64,000 nt of DNA from Pseudomonadales bacterium (GTDB taxonomy: Bacteria > Patescibacteriota > Microgenomatia > UBA1400 > PJMF01). Below, in pieces: positions 39,510 to 50,528 of the stretch (its first letter is position 1; every line of letters starts with the position of its first letter). The notes beneath the pieces were generated by a model. It made no database searches, was not told where the DNA came from, and saw only the letters and a list, made by a program, of their open reading frames with translations. The position numbers were made by a program, and so were the translations under genes. The DNA is taken from contig JACKFW010000001.1 in NCBI GenBank assembly GCA_020632265.1, positions 140,223-204,222 on the forward strand, written 5' to 3'.

Positions 39510-41204
39510 TTGCTAGCGGTTGCTAAAGAGGTTACAATTTCAATACAGATGCAAGATTTATTATCAATTAAAGTCGCCTTAGAACCATTATATATTCTTC
39601 ACAAATTAAGACAAAATAATTTTGAAGCATATATTGTTGGTGGAGCAGTCAGAGATATTCTCATTGAATCCATTGAAAATAAAATGGCTGGCAAGCTCAC
39701 TAACAACACTTATCACATCAAAGCTTCTGACTACGATTTTACAACATCAGCAAAACCTGAACAAATTCAGAAAACATTTCCAGAAAATTTTTATGAAAAC
39801 AAATTTGGCACAGTCAGTGTAACAAGAACTCACCTTCGCGAACAAATGAATTTACAAAATATTAAATTTACAGAATCCAATTCTAAAAAATTATTTTCTT
39901 CAACATTCAATAAAAAAACAATAAATTTATCTTCAGCCACAAAAATTCATGAGTCACTAAAAAATAACATCAAAAATAATCAAATAGAAGATAATAAACT
40001 GAATATAAATGATAAAAAAAATATTGATGATAATGAAGTTTATGAAATTACAACATTTAGATCGGATGGCGAGTATTTAGATTATAGGCGTCCAGAAGAT
40101 GTGTCCTGGGGCGAATCATTACAAAGTGATCTAAACAGACGAGATTTTAGTATTAATGCAATGGCAATTAAAATTAGCGATCAATTTTTAAATTCACTAA
40201 ATTTTAAAGAATCTGAAGAAATTGTTACCATTAACCCCGATAATTTTGAAGTTATCGATCAACATTTTGGAATGAAAGATTTACAAAATGAAATTATCAA
40301 AACAGTAGGAAATCCTGATGAAAGATTTAATCAAGACGCACTAAGACTTTTGCGTGCTATTAGATTCTCAATTCAATTAAACATGCAAATCGATGATCAA
40401 ACATTTGAAGCTATTATTAAAAATTCTCATCTAATTCAACATGTGAGTTGGGAAAGAATTAGAGATGAATTATTAAAAATGTTATCAAGTAATTACCCCA
40501 AAGAAGCAATTAAAATTTTAGACGAAACCGGATTATTAAAAATAATTATTCCCGAATTAATTGAAGGTAAGGGAGTCATGCAAGGTGGTCATCACATCAG
40601 TGATGTTTGGAATCACAATTTAGATTCATTAGATAATTGTCCTTCCATCGATCCAATCGTGAGACTAGCAACTTTACTACACGACATTGGTAAACCCAGA
40701 ACACTAAAGATTATTGATGGAAAACCTACATTTTATAATCATGAAATTATTGGTTCTAGAATAGCTAAAGATATCGCAAAAAGATTAAAACTATCAAAAA
40801 TTGAAATTGAAAGAATATTCATTTTAGTTCGTTATCATATGTTTCATTACCAACCAGAAAATACTGATTCATCAATAAGAAGATTTATGAAAAAAGTTGG
40901 CCTGGAAAATATCAATGATATTTTGGATCTAAGAGAGGCCGATAGAATTGGTAGTGGAGCAACTAAATCCAGCTGGAGATTAGAAGAAATGAAACAACGT
41001 ATGGTGGAACAACTTCACCAACCATTTTCAATTAGTGATTTAGCCATTAATGGAAATGATTTAATGAAAGAACTAAATATTCAACCTGGTCGAATTGTTG
41101 GAGAAATATTAAATACATTATTTGAAGAGGTAATTGAGAATCCAGAACTTAATTCCAAAAATGAGCTTTTAAAAATTGCGAAAAGAATTGTAACAAAATT
41201 ATAA
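39510..41204 (+). CDS. cca: CCA-adding enzyme / poly(A) polymerase family nucleotidyltransferase with HD domain
   Basis: GGAVRD head motif, RRDF, HD domain (LLHDIGKP). Carries a roughly 90-aa low-complexity N/K-rich insertion. Confidence 0.8.
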   Translation: MLAVAKEVTISIQMQDLLSIKVALEPLYILHKLRQNNFEAYIVGGAVRDILIESIENKMAGKLTNNTYHIKASDYDFTTSAKPEQIQKTFPENFYENKFGTVSVTRTHLREQMNLQNIKFTESNSKKLFSSTFNKKTINLSSATKIHESLKNNIKNNQIEDNKLNINDKKNIDDNEVYEITTFRSDGEYLDYRRPEDVSWGESLQSDLNRRDFSINAMAIKISDQFLNSLNFKESEEIVTINPDNFEVIDQHFGMKDLQNEIIKTVGNPDERFNQDALRLLRAIRFSIQLNMQIDDQTFEAIIKNSHLIQHVSWERIRDELLKMLSSNYPKEAIKILDETGLLKIIIPELIEGKGVMQGGHHISDVWNHNLDSLDNCPSIDPIVRLATLLHDIGKPRTLKIIDGKPTFYNHEIIGSRIAKDIAKRLKLSKIEIERIFILVRYHMFHYQPENTDSSIRRFMKKVGLENINDILDLREADRIGSGATKSSWRLEEMKQRMVEQLHQPFSISDLAINGNDLMKELNIQPGRIVGEILNTLFEEVIENPELNSKNELLKIAKRIVTKL

Positions 41205-41250
41205 AAAAATATAAATTTATAAAAATAAATATATTTAAGAATACTTTAGA

Positions 41251-42138
41251 TTATTTTTTCTTAAAATTCTTTATTTTAAGTTCATCCCAAAGTAAAAGTA
41301 AAGGTGCTGCTGTAAATGTTGAGGAATATGTTCCAGTTATCGCTCCCACCAATAAGGCAACAGCAAACCAACGAATGCTATCTCCACCAAGCAAAGCTAA
41401 TGAAAATAACATTACAATAATCGTTATTGAATTATTTATTGATCGACTTAGAGTTTCAATCACAGCCATATTTACAATTTCTTGATAATCCATTCCTCGC
41501 TGTTTTCTTTTTAATTCCCTAATTCTATCGTAAACCACAATTGTATCGTGAACTGAGAATGAAAGAGTAGTTAATAATGCTGTCACAAACAGCACGTCAA
41601 CTTGAATTCCAAATAATATTCCAAGAATACTAAAGGTTCCTAATAATATTAGTGAGTCGTGGAACATTGCTAAAATTGCACAAATACCATACTTTAATTC
41701 GTCAAATTGTTTCCACACATAGATAGTAATAATTGTTGCAACTAAAAATAGCGCGGTTAATGTTTTTCTTAGTAACTCACTACTTAATGTTGCACCAACA
41801 GTTTCAAATTTTAATTCTGTAACATCTTGATATATTTTTTGGAGCTCTATCAAACTTTGTTGTTTGGTTTCATTAATAATATTTTCACCAATAATTACAT
41901 ATTTATTATCTTGGCCAGCTTTAACACTTTCTACACGATAAATTCCCGAAAATATCTCATTAATTTTATTTATATCAACTTTTTCACCACTATCATTTTT
42001 CACTCTAACTTCCAATTGAGATCCTCCAACAAAATCAATTGAAGGTTTTAAGCCATAAAGAATTAATGAAAAAATACTTGGAATTAAAAAGAATAAAGAA
42101 ATTGCAAAAAATAATTTCTTATATTTCATCACATTCAT
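41251..42138 (-). CDS. secF: protein-export membrane protein SecF
   Basis: Six-TM SecDF-family C-terminal module immediately downstream of secD, with a 4-nt overlap. Confidence 0.75.
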   Translation of the reverse strand: MNVMKYKKLFFAISLFFLIPSIFSLILYGLKPSIDFVGGSQLEVRVKNDSGEKVDINKINEIFSGIYRVESVKAGQDNKYVIIGENIINETKQQSLIELQKIYQDVTELKFETVGATLSSELLRKTLTALFLVATIITIYVWKQFDELKYGICAILAMFHDSLILLGTFSILGILFGIQVDVLFVTALLTTLSFSVHDTIVVYDRIRELKRKQRGMDYQEIVNMAVIETLSRSINNSITIIVMLFSLALLGGDSIRWFAVALLVGAITGTYSSTFTAAPLLLLWDELKIKNFKKK

Positions 42139-43511
42139 GATTTATCTCCTTTAAGAAACAATCTCATTAAAGTTCTGGTAACAAAAACTCCAGTGAAGAG
42201 AGACAAAACTACTCCGATCAGAAGCGTAATTCCAAAACCTCTGACCATTCCACCGCTATTTAAAAATGGAAAGTCCATTGGATTAATTAGAATTAATGCA
42301 GTTATTATCGTGGCTAGATTAGCATCTTTAATACTATCCCAAGCTCTTCCAAAACCTAACTCTAAGGCAATTTTAAATGGTTTTTCCAATCTCAATTCTT
42401 CTTTCATCCTTTCAAAAATTAATATATTTGAATCAACCGCCATACCAACTGATAGCAACAATCCTGCTATTCCAGGAAGGGTAAGAGTAACACCAATAAT
42501 TTTATACACAGCAATAGTTAGAACAGCATAAATTATTAAAGCAATGCTAGCCAAAAAACCCTTTGTACCATAATAAATAATCATAAATAACATAACTAAT
42601 GCAATCCCAACTAATCCAGCAAAAGCACTTTTTTGAATTGACTCAGTTCCCAATGTTGCATCAACATTTCTTTGTTCCAATACTGTAATAGGAACTGGTA
42701 AGGCTCCTGCATTAAGCTGAATACTAAGTTTCTCGGCCTCTTCAACAGAAAAACTTCCTGTAATAGTAGCTTGACCATTTATAATCGCACTTTGAATTAC
42801 GGGTGCCATTAAAACTTGATTATCAATCACAATTGCCAAAGACTCGCCAATGTGATCGGTGGTCAATTTTGCAAACAAATCTCTGCCCTCTTCGTTAAAT
42901 TGAATTGCAACTAATGGTTCGCCCGTTGTTTGATCAAATTGAATTGTAGATTTTTTTAATTGACTTCCAGTTAAGCCTGTTTGTTCAAGGGTAATGGCTG
43001 ATGGAGTGGCTTGTGAATCAACCGATTCTCCCTCAGGAGGTAACTCAGGATACTTTAGTAACTGAAATTCAAGTAATGCTGTTTGACCAACTAATTCTAG
43101 CGCTTGCTGAGGATCGTTAAGGCCTGGAAGTTCAACCACTATCCGATAATCATTTTCTGCTATAAGAGTTTTCACAATCGGTTCTGCCAAACCATACATA
43201 TCTACTCTACGCAAAATTATTTCTCTTGAAGATTCTAAAGCGGCAACTCTATCTGAAGGATCAATTTGAGAAACATCTGCCTGGAGAACTACCTGAATAC
43301 CTCCTTGAATATCAAGACCCTTTTTAAGTTCAAATTCTTTTTGATATCTTTTATTTAAAAAACTAAAATCAATTTTTGGAGAACTAAGTGTGAAAGACAA
43401 ATTTCTGCCAAAAATATCTAGAGAAACTGGATAATTACTTGGAAGAGCTATTAATCCAGCCAAAAAGGTCAAAAAAATAATAACAATGAATACTTTTATT
43501 GGATTTTTCAT
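42135..43511 (-). CDS. secD: protein-export membrane protein SecD
   Basis: DIQGGIQVVLQAD periplasmic P1 signature and SecDF TM core. Confidence 0.85.
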   Translation of the reverse strand: MKNPIKVFIVIIFLTFLAGLIALPSNYPVSLDIFGRNLSFTLSSPKIDFSFLNKRYQKEFELKKGLDIQGGIQVVLQADVSQIDPSDRVAALESSREIILRRVDMYGLAEPIVKTLIAENDYRIVVELPGLNDPQQALELVGQTALLEFQLLKYPELPPEGESVDSQATPSAITLEQTGLTGSQLKKSTIQFDQTTGEPLVAIQFNEEGRDLFAKLTTDHIGESLAIVIDNQVLMAPVIQSAIINGQATITGSFSVEEAEKLSIQLNAGALPVPITVLEQRNVDATLGTESIQKSAFAGLVGIALVMLFMIIYYGTKGFLASIALIIYAVLTIAVYKIIGVTLTLPGIAGLLLSVGMAVDSNILIFERMKEELRLEKPFKIALELGFGRAWDSIKDANLATIITALILINPMDFPFLNSGGMVRGFGITLLIGVVLSLFTGVFVTRTLMRLFLKGDKS

Positions 43512-44111
43512 CTAAACTCCCAAGGGATTTCTTTCGACAAAGTCATCTTCGTTGCCAATAACCATAATTCTACTGTCATACAAAACATCCATAACAAATG
43601 GGTCTCTTCTAGTTTTTCTAAAATCAAACTCATCGTCTGAAAAAATGGCATAGTTTATTTCTCTACCAAGAGTTTTTTCTTCTGCCTTAACCAAAAGTTC
43701 GAGCTCAGAAAGAACAATATCTCCGATTACAAGCATATCAATTTTACCTTGCTTAGGATTCAATCTTCTAACAAATCTTCCAGAGAACATTATAAAACTT
43801 ACTGATCCAAGCTTACGTCTGAATTTTCTCAATTTTTTGCCTAATCCAGTACTTTTAACCACCATTTGATGAATTTCTTGAAAATAAGAGTATTTTTTAT
43901 TTAAAAAATAATATAATCTATTACCACGCTGTTCGCTTTTTAATATACCTGCAGAGAGCATTCTATCTAGTTCTCTTCTTACTGCATTAATTTCTTCCTT
44001 AATTTCTCTGGTAATTTCACGAACGTAATACATTTCTTCTATGTTAGTAAAAAAGAGTTTTATCATTTTTACTCTAACTTTAGAAATCATGAAATCTTGT
44101 AAGTTATTCAT
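43512..44111 (-). CDS. hypothetical protein (possible wHTH regulator-like N-terminus)
   Basis: 199 aa. No firm motif. Confidence 0.35.
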   Translation of the reverse strand: MNNLQDFMISKVRVKMIKLFFTNIEEMYYVREITREIKEEINAVRRELDRMLSAGILKSEQRGNRLYYFLNKKYSYFQEIHQMVVKSTGLGKKLRKFRRKLGSVSFIMFSGRFVRRLNPKQGKIDMLVIGDIVLSELELLVKAEEKTLGREINYAIFSDDEFDFRKTRRDPFVMDVLYDSRIMVIGNEDDFVERNPLGV

Positions 44112-44116
44112 ATTAT

Positions 44117-45340
44117 TTAATAATTTACTTCAGTTGCAGTACTGACTACCGATATCCAAGTCAAACCTCTAGCAAACTCAACAGCGTCACCTTTCCTATC
44201 AAAAAATTCTAACTCAGATTCTCTAGTAGGTTTCGACCAAGTAGCTTTAATTACGTCACCATTTCTAAATATCAAAGCATTTCCTTTTCCAATTGTTGTA
44301 TAAAGCATGTGCTTTAGTTCATCTATTGGTCCTTTTTCAGTTGTTAAAAGTACTATAACATTAGCAGCCTGAATTTGCTTGTCGTGGTTCAAATCTATGT
44401 GTGGTTCACCAGCCATAAATCTTTTATATGAATTAGATTCTTTATCATATTGCCATTCAACTCCAAAATCACTAAAGCCATCCCAAAATTCATATTTAAT
44501 ATTTGTGGTAGTTCCAATTGTTCCAACTTGATCTTGAAAACTCCAACCTACATAGGTTTCTTTCCAATCATTACCGCCAATTTTTTTTCTGCCTAAGTTT
44601 CTTTCTGGAGCAATATTTGTCCAATCTCTCTGCTTTCCTACATCCCACAAAGCTTCAGTTGTACTTTGCATTGTATGCTCTGTTGCAACTTCTTTATCAA
44701 GACGATCATTATTTCTCACGAATGTTGGATATCCTATTGAAAATTGGTTTAAGTCATTTTCTAACGACCATCCATATTCCCCAATTTGACCAAGAGCATT
44801 GGCTGGTCCAGGGATATTTGCTCCACCAACGTGTACATAGAGAGGATAGTTAAATCCAGAAGCGTATTCAACAAAATAAGTTCTTGCTGATCTAATTGGA
44901 GCAATAATTGTGTCATATTTTTGTACTCCGCAATAAAACAAACCCATAAATCTGGTAACACCACCTTCAGCAATGGCTTCAAAAACAATGTCTGCATCAG
45001 CTAAGCCAGATTGAGGTCGTGAGTCAACCGAATTTTCAATCATAATAGCCAAAGGTCTTTTTTTCTCCCAAGCATCTTTTTCTTGTTTTGTAAACATTTT
45101 ACCATTAAGAGGACATGCTTCGTTTTTTGCTGCTGAAGGATCTATATCTAATAACGCAGTTAATAAAGTTGTGTCTTCATTTGTTCCACTATCATTACCT
45201 TGAGAATCTGAACTAGTAATAATATTCTTGAGCATACTAGAACCCGCAAAAAATGAGAATGCTGAGTAAGAAAAGACTGAAGATATAATATAAATAATCA
45301 AGGTTATTATAAGTATTCTTTTATTCATTATTCCTTTCAA
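44117..45340 (-). CDS. hypothetical secreted protein
   Basis: N-terminal signal/TM segment. 407 aa. Confidence 0.45.
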   Translation of the reverse strand: MKGIMNKRILIITLIIYIISSVFSYSAFSFFAGSSMLKNIITSSDSQGNDSGTNEDTTLLTALLDIDPSAAKNEACPLNGKMFTKQEKDAWEKKRPLAIMIENSVDSRPQSGLADADIVFEAIAEGGVTRFMGLFYCGVQKYDTIIAPIRSARTYFVEYASGFNYPLYVHVGGANIPGPANALGQIGEYGWSLENDLNQFSIGYPTFVRNNDRLDKEVATEHTMQSTTEALWDVGKQRDWTNIAPERNLGRKKIGGNDWKETYVGWSFQDQVGTIGTTTNIKYEFWDGFSDFGVEWQYDKESNSYKRFMAGEPHIDLNHDKQIQAANVIVLLTTEKGPIDELKHMLYTTIGKGNALIFRNGDVIKATWSKPTRESELEFFDRKGDAVEFARGLTWISVVSTATEVNY

Positions 45341-45387
45341 GTTTAAAACAGTCAGTATACTTCATTTACTAAACTTAATAAACAACT

Positions 45388-45636
45388 TTATTTAGTTACA
45401 AAAAATATTACTACTAAAACACCAAAAACTATTAAGGTGGTAATTAATGTTTTTATTAAGTCCTTATATAATAAGCTTACCTGAGATTGAGAAAAAGTGG
45501 TAGATTTAGTTTCAACCTTTTTTGATTCAACCATACCTAAAGACAACTCTCCAGTTTGAGAAACCGAAACCATAGTAGTATTCATCGATCTTTTTTCTGA
45601 TTTTTGCTTTTCTTTTTTTGTCTTTTTTCTAGCCAT
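45388..45636 (-). CDS. small hypothetical membrane-anchored protein
   Basis: 82 aa with a basic N-terminus and a C-terminal TM segment. Confidence 0.3.
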   Translation of the reverse strand: MARKKTKKEKQKSEKRSMNTTMVSVSQTGELSLGMVESKKVETKSTTFSQSQVSLLYKDLIKTLITTLIVFGVLVVIFFVTK

Positions 45637-45638
45637 GA

Positions 45639-46823
45639 TTATTTTCCAAATATTCTTAAAACATCTTTAAATGTTATAAACCCAACCAATGTTAAAAGAA
45701 ATATGTAACCACCATAATTTAAATAATATTCAATTTTTTTAGTTCTTTTTTTCTTAAAAATTAACTCTAGCACAACAAATAAGGCTCTTCCACCATCAAG
45801 AGGAGGAAATGGCAAGACATTCATTACTGCTAAGTTAATCGATAACATGCCCGCAAAGGAAAGTACTGTTGAAAAACCTTGCTCAAAAATTCCAAATGTT
45901 TGCGCTTGATGAATAATCCCAATTGGACCAGCTACATCACCTGAAATTTTAGCTTGAGTAAATAATCCAAAGATTACTCCAAAAAATGCTTGAATGACTT
46001 GAACGCCTAAAAATAATGCTTGTTGTAATCCATAAGCAATACTTTTAAATGGCATTTGCCATCCTGGATAAAAAACATAAACAACCTGATCAAAAACTAT
46101 GCCTAAAGAACCCTGATCCTGAGGAGTTTCTTCTAGCAACCTCAAATAAACTGTGTATTCATTCTCAGTTTTATCACACTCTAAAACCTCACACTGACCT
46201 GTAGTAAAAATTTTAACAGTTTTTCCTTTATGCTGAGAAATTTCTTCAATTAAAGCATCGACATTTGAAATATTTACTCTTTCAGCATTCTCCATTTGAA
46301 ATCCAACAATATTAACTCCAGAATTAATTCCAGCTTCTTGAGCAGGCGATCCCTCACTAATTTCCCCAATCCTTGCTTCGTTAATGTATTGTGGAATACC
46401 CATTTTTGAAAATACAATTGCAAATGCAAGGACTCCAAAAATAAAATTAATAGATGCTCCAGACAAAATGATCATTAATTTTTGAATTACTGTAGCTTGA
46501 TAAAATTGTCCAGATTTTTTTCCTGATGATTTTATTTCTAATGATTTTTGTACTGCAACCTGTTTTTTAGATGATTTATGAGATTGTTGACCAGTTGGCT
46601 CTATAACAACATCCTCACCTTGCATTCTGACAAAACCTCCAAAAGGAATCCAATTAATTGTAAAATCGGTGCCTCTCCAGGTAAATAATTTAATTGCCTT
46701 GGGAGGATAACCAATTCCAAACTCATCAACCTTTACTTTAGACCATTTAGCTGCAATAAAATGACCTAGTTCGTGAATAATTACTAAAAATGATAATACT
46801 AATATAAATATAATTGTGCTCAT
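45639..46823 (-). CDS. rseP: RIP zinc metalloprotease RseP (site-2 protease, M50)
   Basis: HELGHF HExxH motif, PDZ-like middle region and C-terminal LDGG motif. Confidence 0.85.
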   Translation of the reverse strand: MSTIIFILVLSFLVIIHELGHFIAAKWSKVKVDEFGIGYPPKAIKLFTWRGTDFTINWIPFGGFVRMQGEDVVIEPTGQQSHKSSKKQVAVQKSLEIKSSGKKSGQFYQATVIQKLMIILSGASINFIFGVLAFAIVFSKMGIPQYINEARIGEISEGSPAQEAGINSGVNIVGFQMENAERVNISNVDALIEEISQHKGKTVKIFTTGQCEVLECDKTENEYTVYLRLLEETPQDQGSLGIVFDQVVYVFYPGWQMPFKSIAYGLQQALFLGVQVIQAFFGVIFGLFTQAKISGDVAGPIGIIHQAQTFGIFEQGFSTVLSFAGMLSINLAVMNVLPFPPLDGGRALFVVLELIFKKKRTKKIEYYLNYGGYIFLLTLVGFITFKDVLRIFGK

Positions 46824-46829
46824 TTAATT

Positions 46830-47384
46830 TTAAACCGTTAATAATTCTTTTTCTTTATTAGCAAGCAAACTATCTAATTTTTCCATGTTTTCTTTAAGTA
46901 TCTCATCTAACTCAATTATTTCTAGCTTAATATCATCTTCACTAACACCTTCAGACCCTTTTTGTTTCTCAATATCCCTTTTGGTATCTGACCTTAAATT
47001 TCTAAACATTACTCTTCCAGACTCAATTTTTTTGTATAAAATTTTTACCATTTCTTTTCTTTTCTCTTCAGTCAATTGAGCAATTTTAATTCTAATAACA
47101 TCTCCGTCAACTACTGGATTTAAATTAAGATCTGCAGTGGAAATTGCTCTTTCAATATTTGACAACAAACCCTTATCCCAAGGAGTTATTAAAAGCATTG
47201 ATGGATCTGGAGCTTGAACTGAGGCTAACTCTGCAATTCTCATTTTTGTTCCATAGGCCTCAACAACTACTGGATCTAAGATCTGCACTGTAGCCCTGCC
47301 TGTTCTTAGAGAAGCAACGTCATTCATCACAAATTCATAAGCCTTTTCAAGCTTTGATCTAAAATTTAAAAATTCAAACGACAT
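46830..47384 (-). CDS. frr: ribosome recycling factor
   Basis: 184 aa with characteristic LRTGRA...LDPV..EAYG and a C-terminal coiled-coil. Confidence 0.9.
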   Translation of the reverse strand: MSFEFLNFRSKLEKAYEFVMNDVASLRTGRATVQILDPVVVEAYGTKMRIAELASVQAPDPSMLLITPWDKGLLSNIERAISTADLNLNPVVDGDVIRIKIAQLTEEKRKEMVKILYKKIESGRVMFRNLRSDTKRDIEKQKGSEGVSEDDIKLEIIELDEILKENMEKLDSLLANKEKELLTV

Positions 47385-47485
47385 ATTTTCTTTCTAGTAT
47401 TTTTTTTGATATATTCTCTAATTAAAAAGACATCTAATTGTACCAAAATTTGTAGGATCGCGATAGGCACGCTATACTCCATTAT

Positions 47486-48343
47486 ATGAAACTAAAAAAT
47501 TATTTTTCAAACTTAATTAAAAGTATTTCAACAACTGAACACTATTCTCATGCCCTTAAAAAACCTCTTAAAAATTCATTTTTCTTTTTCATAATCAGTG
47601 TTACCATAATGGGATTGATTAACGGAATACATATAGCTTTAACAATATTGCCCGAGTTAAAATCAGATTTTTTCCTTACTCTTGATGAATTAAATAAAAA
47701 TTATGATCCAAATTTAGAAATAATTTGGGCAGACAATCAGTTGGAAATTAACCAAGAATACGTCTATATTTATTGGCCTTCAATTATTAATTACAAATAT
47801 TTTCAACTGCCCCATACATTTGCATTAATTAACAATTCAGATCTTGAACCCCAAGAAGCTTCTCAATTAAATGATATGAGTACATTAATCTATTTGAATA
47901 ATGATAATTTTTACACCTTAAGCGACATTGAAAATCATGAATGGTCTTCATTTCCTCTTAATACTATATTGGATGGATTGAGCTCATTTAGCATTAATAA
48001 ACAAAATTTACCAAAACTAATATCTGGATTAAAAGATGGAGTAAATAAAATATTTTTTCAAATACAAATTGTTGAAGTTTTATTTGCTATACCAATATTT
48101 ATATTTTCTAAATTTTGGCTACTATTATCTGAATCGATCTTAGTATACTTCCTTTTCAAAATTTACAATTTTAATTTTAACTTTAAAAAAATATTGAAAT
48201 TGAATTTAAATATTTTGGTACCAACTAGTATTATTACTTTATTTGCAAATGTATTTGTTCCCAGACTAAGTTTTCCAATAGAATCAATTGCTTTTTGGGT
48301 AATTCTAATTTTTATAAGTTTTCAACTCAAAAAAGTTGATTAA
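47486..48343 (+). CDS. hypothetical membrane protein
   Basis: 285 aa with several TM segments. Confidence 0.45.
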   Translation: MKLKNYFSNLIKSISTTEHYSHALKKPLKNSFFFFIISVTIMGLINGIHIALTILPELKSDFFLTLDELNKNYDPNLEIIWADNQLEINQEYVYIYWPSIINYKYFQLPHTFALINNSDLEPQEASQLNDMSTLIYLNNDNFYTLSDIENHEWSSFPLNTILDGLSSFSINKQNLPKLISGLKDGVNKIFFQIQIVEVLFAIPIFIFSKFWLLLSESILVYFLFKIYNFNFNFKKILKLNLNILVPTSIITLFANVFVPRLSFPIESIAFWVILIFISFQLKKVD

Positions 48344-48427
48344 CTAACCCTAAAGAAATTGATTACCAAAAAAAATTGATTAACTAAATTATCTATTTAT
48401 TAATAAAAAAATTAAACAGATTTGTAA

Positions 48428-48805
48428 TTATTTTTCTTTCTTATCTAAACGAAGACCCATATCTACTGGTGGAAACGTTAAATCTTGATTGGCGGGATCA
48501 GCAGCATCCAAGTCAATTCTTGCATTCTCAATTCTTTGTTCAAGCGGACCGAAGTTTTTAATAACTTCCTGTTGAATATTTTCAAAAATATTTTCGGGAG
48601 TTTTCTTTTTTGATCTTAACATCACAATCACAAATAAAATTAACAATGTAAGAACCACCAAACCAATAATAATAAAAAATTTTATACTTTTTTTTGGATT
48701 TTGATCTATTGGAGTCGGTTCCACTGGTAATTCAACATTCAGATCTTGAAAAATTGGTTCTTCAAAAGCAAATTGTGTTTGATTATCTTCTTGACTGTTA
48801 TTCAT
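48428..48805 (-). CDS. hypothetical single-pass membrane protein
   Basis: 125 aa with a central TM. Confidence 0.4.
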   Translation of the reverse strand: MNNSQEDNQTQFAFEEPIFQDLNVELPVEPTPIDQNPKKSIKFFIIIGLVVLTLLILFVIVMLRSKKKTPENIFENIQQEVIKNFGPLEQRIENARIDLDAADPANQDLTFPPVDMGLRLDKKEK

Positions 48806-48806
48806 A

Positions 48807-49730
48807 TTAAAGTTTTAGTAACTCCTCTAAGTGATCTAATGATTTTGACAATTGGATATAAATTGGCTCCAAATCCCTAAGAATTCTTTCATAAAAAAGC
48901 CTTCCAAAATTTTCTTCATCTCCATTAATAATCTTATTATTTAGTTCCGAAAACTCATTATTAATTTCAAGAAAATTTCGTTGTATTTCTTGATATGCTC
49001 TATCTCTCTTTGCCTGAATAACCGCGCCAACTTCAGAATTAACCTTACTTTCTTTAATATCTTCATCAATGAGAATTGACACATCATAAACAGCTTGCAT
49101 TTGACCAATTCTGATCAAAGATAATGCTTTATAGGTAATCTGATTATAGGGCTCTACAAAAATCTCAAAACTATCTGCTAATAAATTAACAGCATTTCTA
49201 TCTTTAGATAAATCAATATCATCTTGATGAAGCCGTAATGTAATAATTAATGATTCTATTTGTTTTAAACTCTGATCTTTTAAAGATATTTCCACACCAG
49301 CAGTATCTTCCAAAGTTGCGCTGATCAGTTCCAAATAGGTAATTAAAACCTTTGATCTATCTTTCATTGCTTGACGAGTTGCATTAACTGCATCTTCTAA
49401 AGCAGTCAATGTTTGAACATTAAAGTAATTGCTTTGGGCAACGTTAAATTCTTTAGCTGAATTTCTATATGCTTCAATTTGATCTCTGTATAAAATCTTT
49501 AAATCGATAATTTTTTGAGTATTTCTTTTTTTATTTAAAATTTGAGTTGAAAAAGATGCTGTATTTACATCTTCATTAATTTCTAATTTAGGAACTATTT
49601 CATTTGATTGAGAACTCTCTTGAGAAGGCATTCCTTCTAATTCCTGAGCCTTTATTGATGGAACAAAAAGAATACTTAAAATTAATAATTGGATTACTAA
49701 GAATATTTTATAAAAAGATAATTTTCTCAT
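48807..49730 (-). CDS. hypothetical secreted protein
   Basis: 307 aa with an N-terminal signal. Coupled to the downstream ORF. Confidence 0.45.
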   Translation of the reverse strand: MRKLSFYKIFLVIQLLILSILFVPSIKAQELEGMPSQESSQSNEIVPKLEINEDVNTASFSTQILNKKRNTQKIIDLKILYRDQIEAYRNSAKEFNVAQSNYFNVQTLTALEDAVNATRQAMKDRSKVLITYLELISATLEDTAGVEISLKDQSLKQIESLIITLRLHQDDIDLSKDRNAVNLLADSFEIFVEPYNQITYKALSLIRIGQMQAVYDVSILIDEDIKESKVNSEVGAVIQAKRDRAYQEIQRNFLEINNEFSELNNKIINGDEENFGRLFYERILRDLEPIYIQLSKSLDHLEELLKL

Positions 49731-50443
49731 TTTGATAATTCTCTATTTCTTGCAAAAATAATTGCCTCATGAAGAGATTCAAAGGTTCCGGTATCTAACC
49801 ATTTCCCCTCAACTTGAGCTACATCTAATTTTCCTTCATGCAAATATAAATTATTAAGATCAGTAATTTCTAGTTCACCCCTTGAAGAAGGAGTTAAATT
49901 TAGAGTCTTTTCAATGACTGAGTGATCATAAATATACATTCCAGTTACTGCAAAATTCGATTTAGGGTTCTGAGGTTTTTCTTCTATTGAAATCACTTTA
50001 TTATTTTGATCAAACTCCGCTACTCCAAATCTTTCAGGATCAGTAACTTCTTTAACAAAAACTCTTCCACCAGATTCAAAGCTATTTATTGAGTCAGAAA
50101 AATTATCTTCATAAAGATTATCTCCTAAAATCAGGGTAACATTGTCATTGCCAATAAAGTTTTTCCCAATCAAGAAGGCTTGTGCTAATCCTTCGGGTTT
50201 ATCTTGAATTTCATAAGTGAACTTACAATCAAATTGACTGCCACTTCCAAGTAATTTCAAAAAATCACCAGCATGATCTGGAGCAACAATAATAAGAATA
50301 TCCTTAATTCCTGCACTTAACAATGTTTCAAGAGGATAAATGATCATTGGTTTATTATAAATTGGCAACAACTGCTTGCTAGTAACTTTAGTGAGTGGGC
50401 TTAATCGGGATCCTGACCCACCTGCTAAAATAATTCCCTTCAT
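49727..50443 (-). CDS. sugar-phosphate nucleotidyltransferase (RmlA/glucose-1-phosphate thymidylyltransferase-like)
   Basis: N-terminal MKGIILAGGSGSRLSPLT signature. Confidence 0.8.
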   Translation of the reverse strand: MKGIILAGGSGSRLSPLTKVTSKQLLPIYNKPMIIYPLETLLSAGIKDILIIVAPDHAGDFLKLLGSGSQFDCKFTYEIQDKPEGLAQAFLIGKNFIGNDNVTLILGDNLYEDNFSDSINSFESGGRVFVKEVTDPERFGVAEFDQNNKVISIEEKPQNPKSNFAVTGMYIYDHSVIEKTLNLTPSSRGELEITDLNNLYLHEGKLDVAQVEGKWLDTGTFESLHEAIIFARNRELSK

Positions 50444-50528
50444 ATTTCTCCTTTATTTATTTCACTCAATGTCATCACTTGTATCAATCATTACACCCTA
50501 GTTTAGCACTTTTATTAATAATTTGTAT

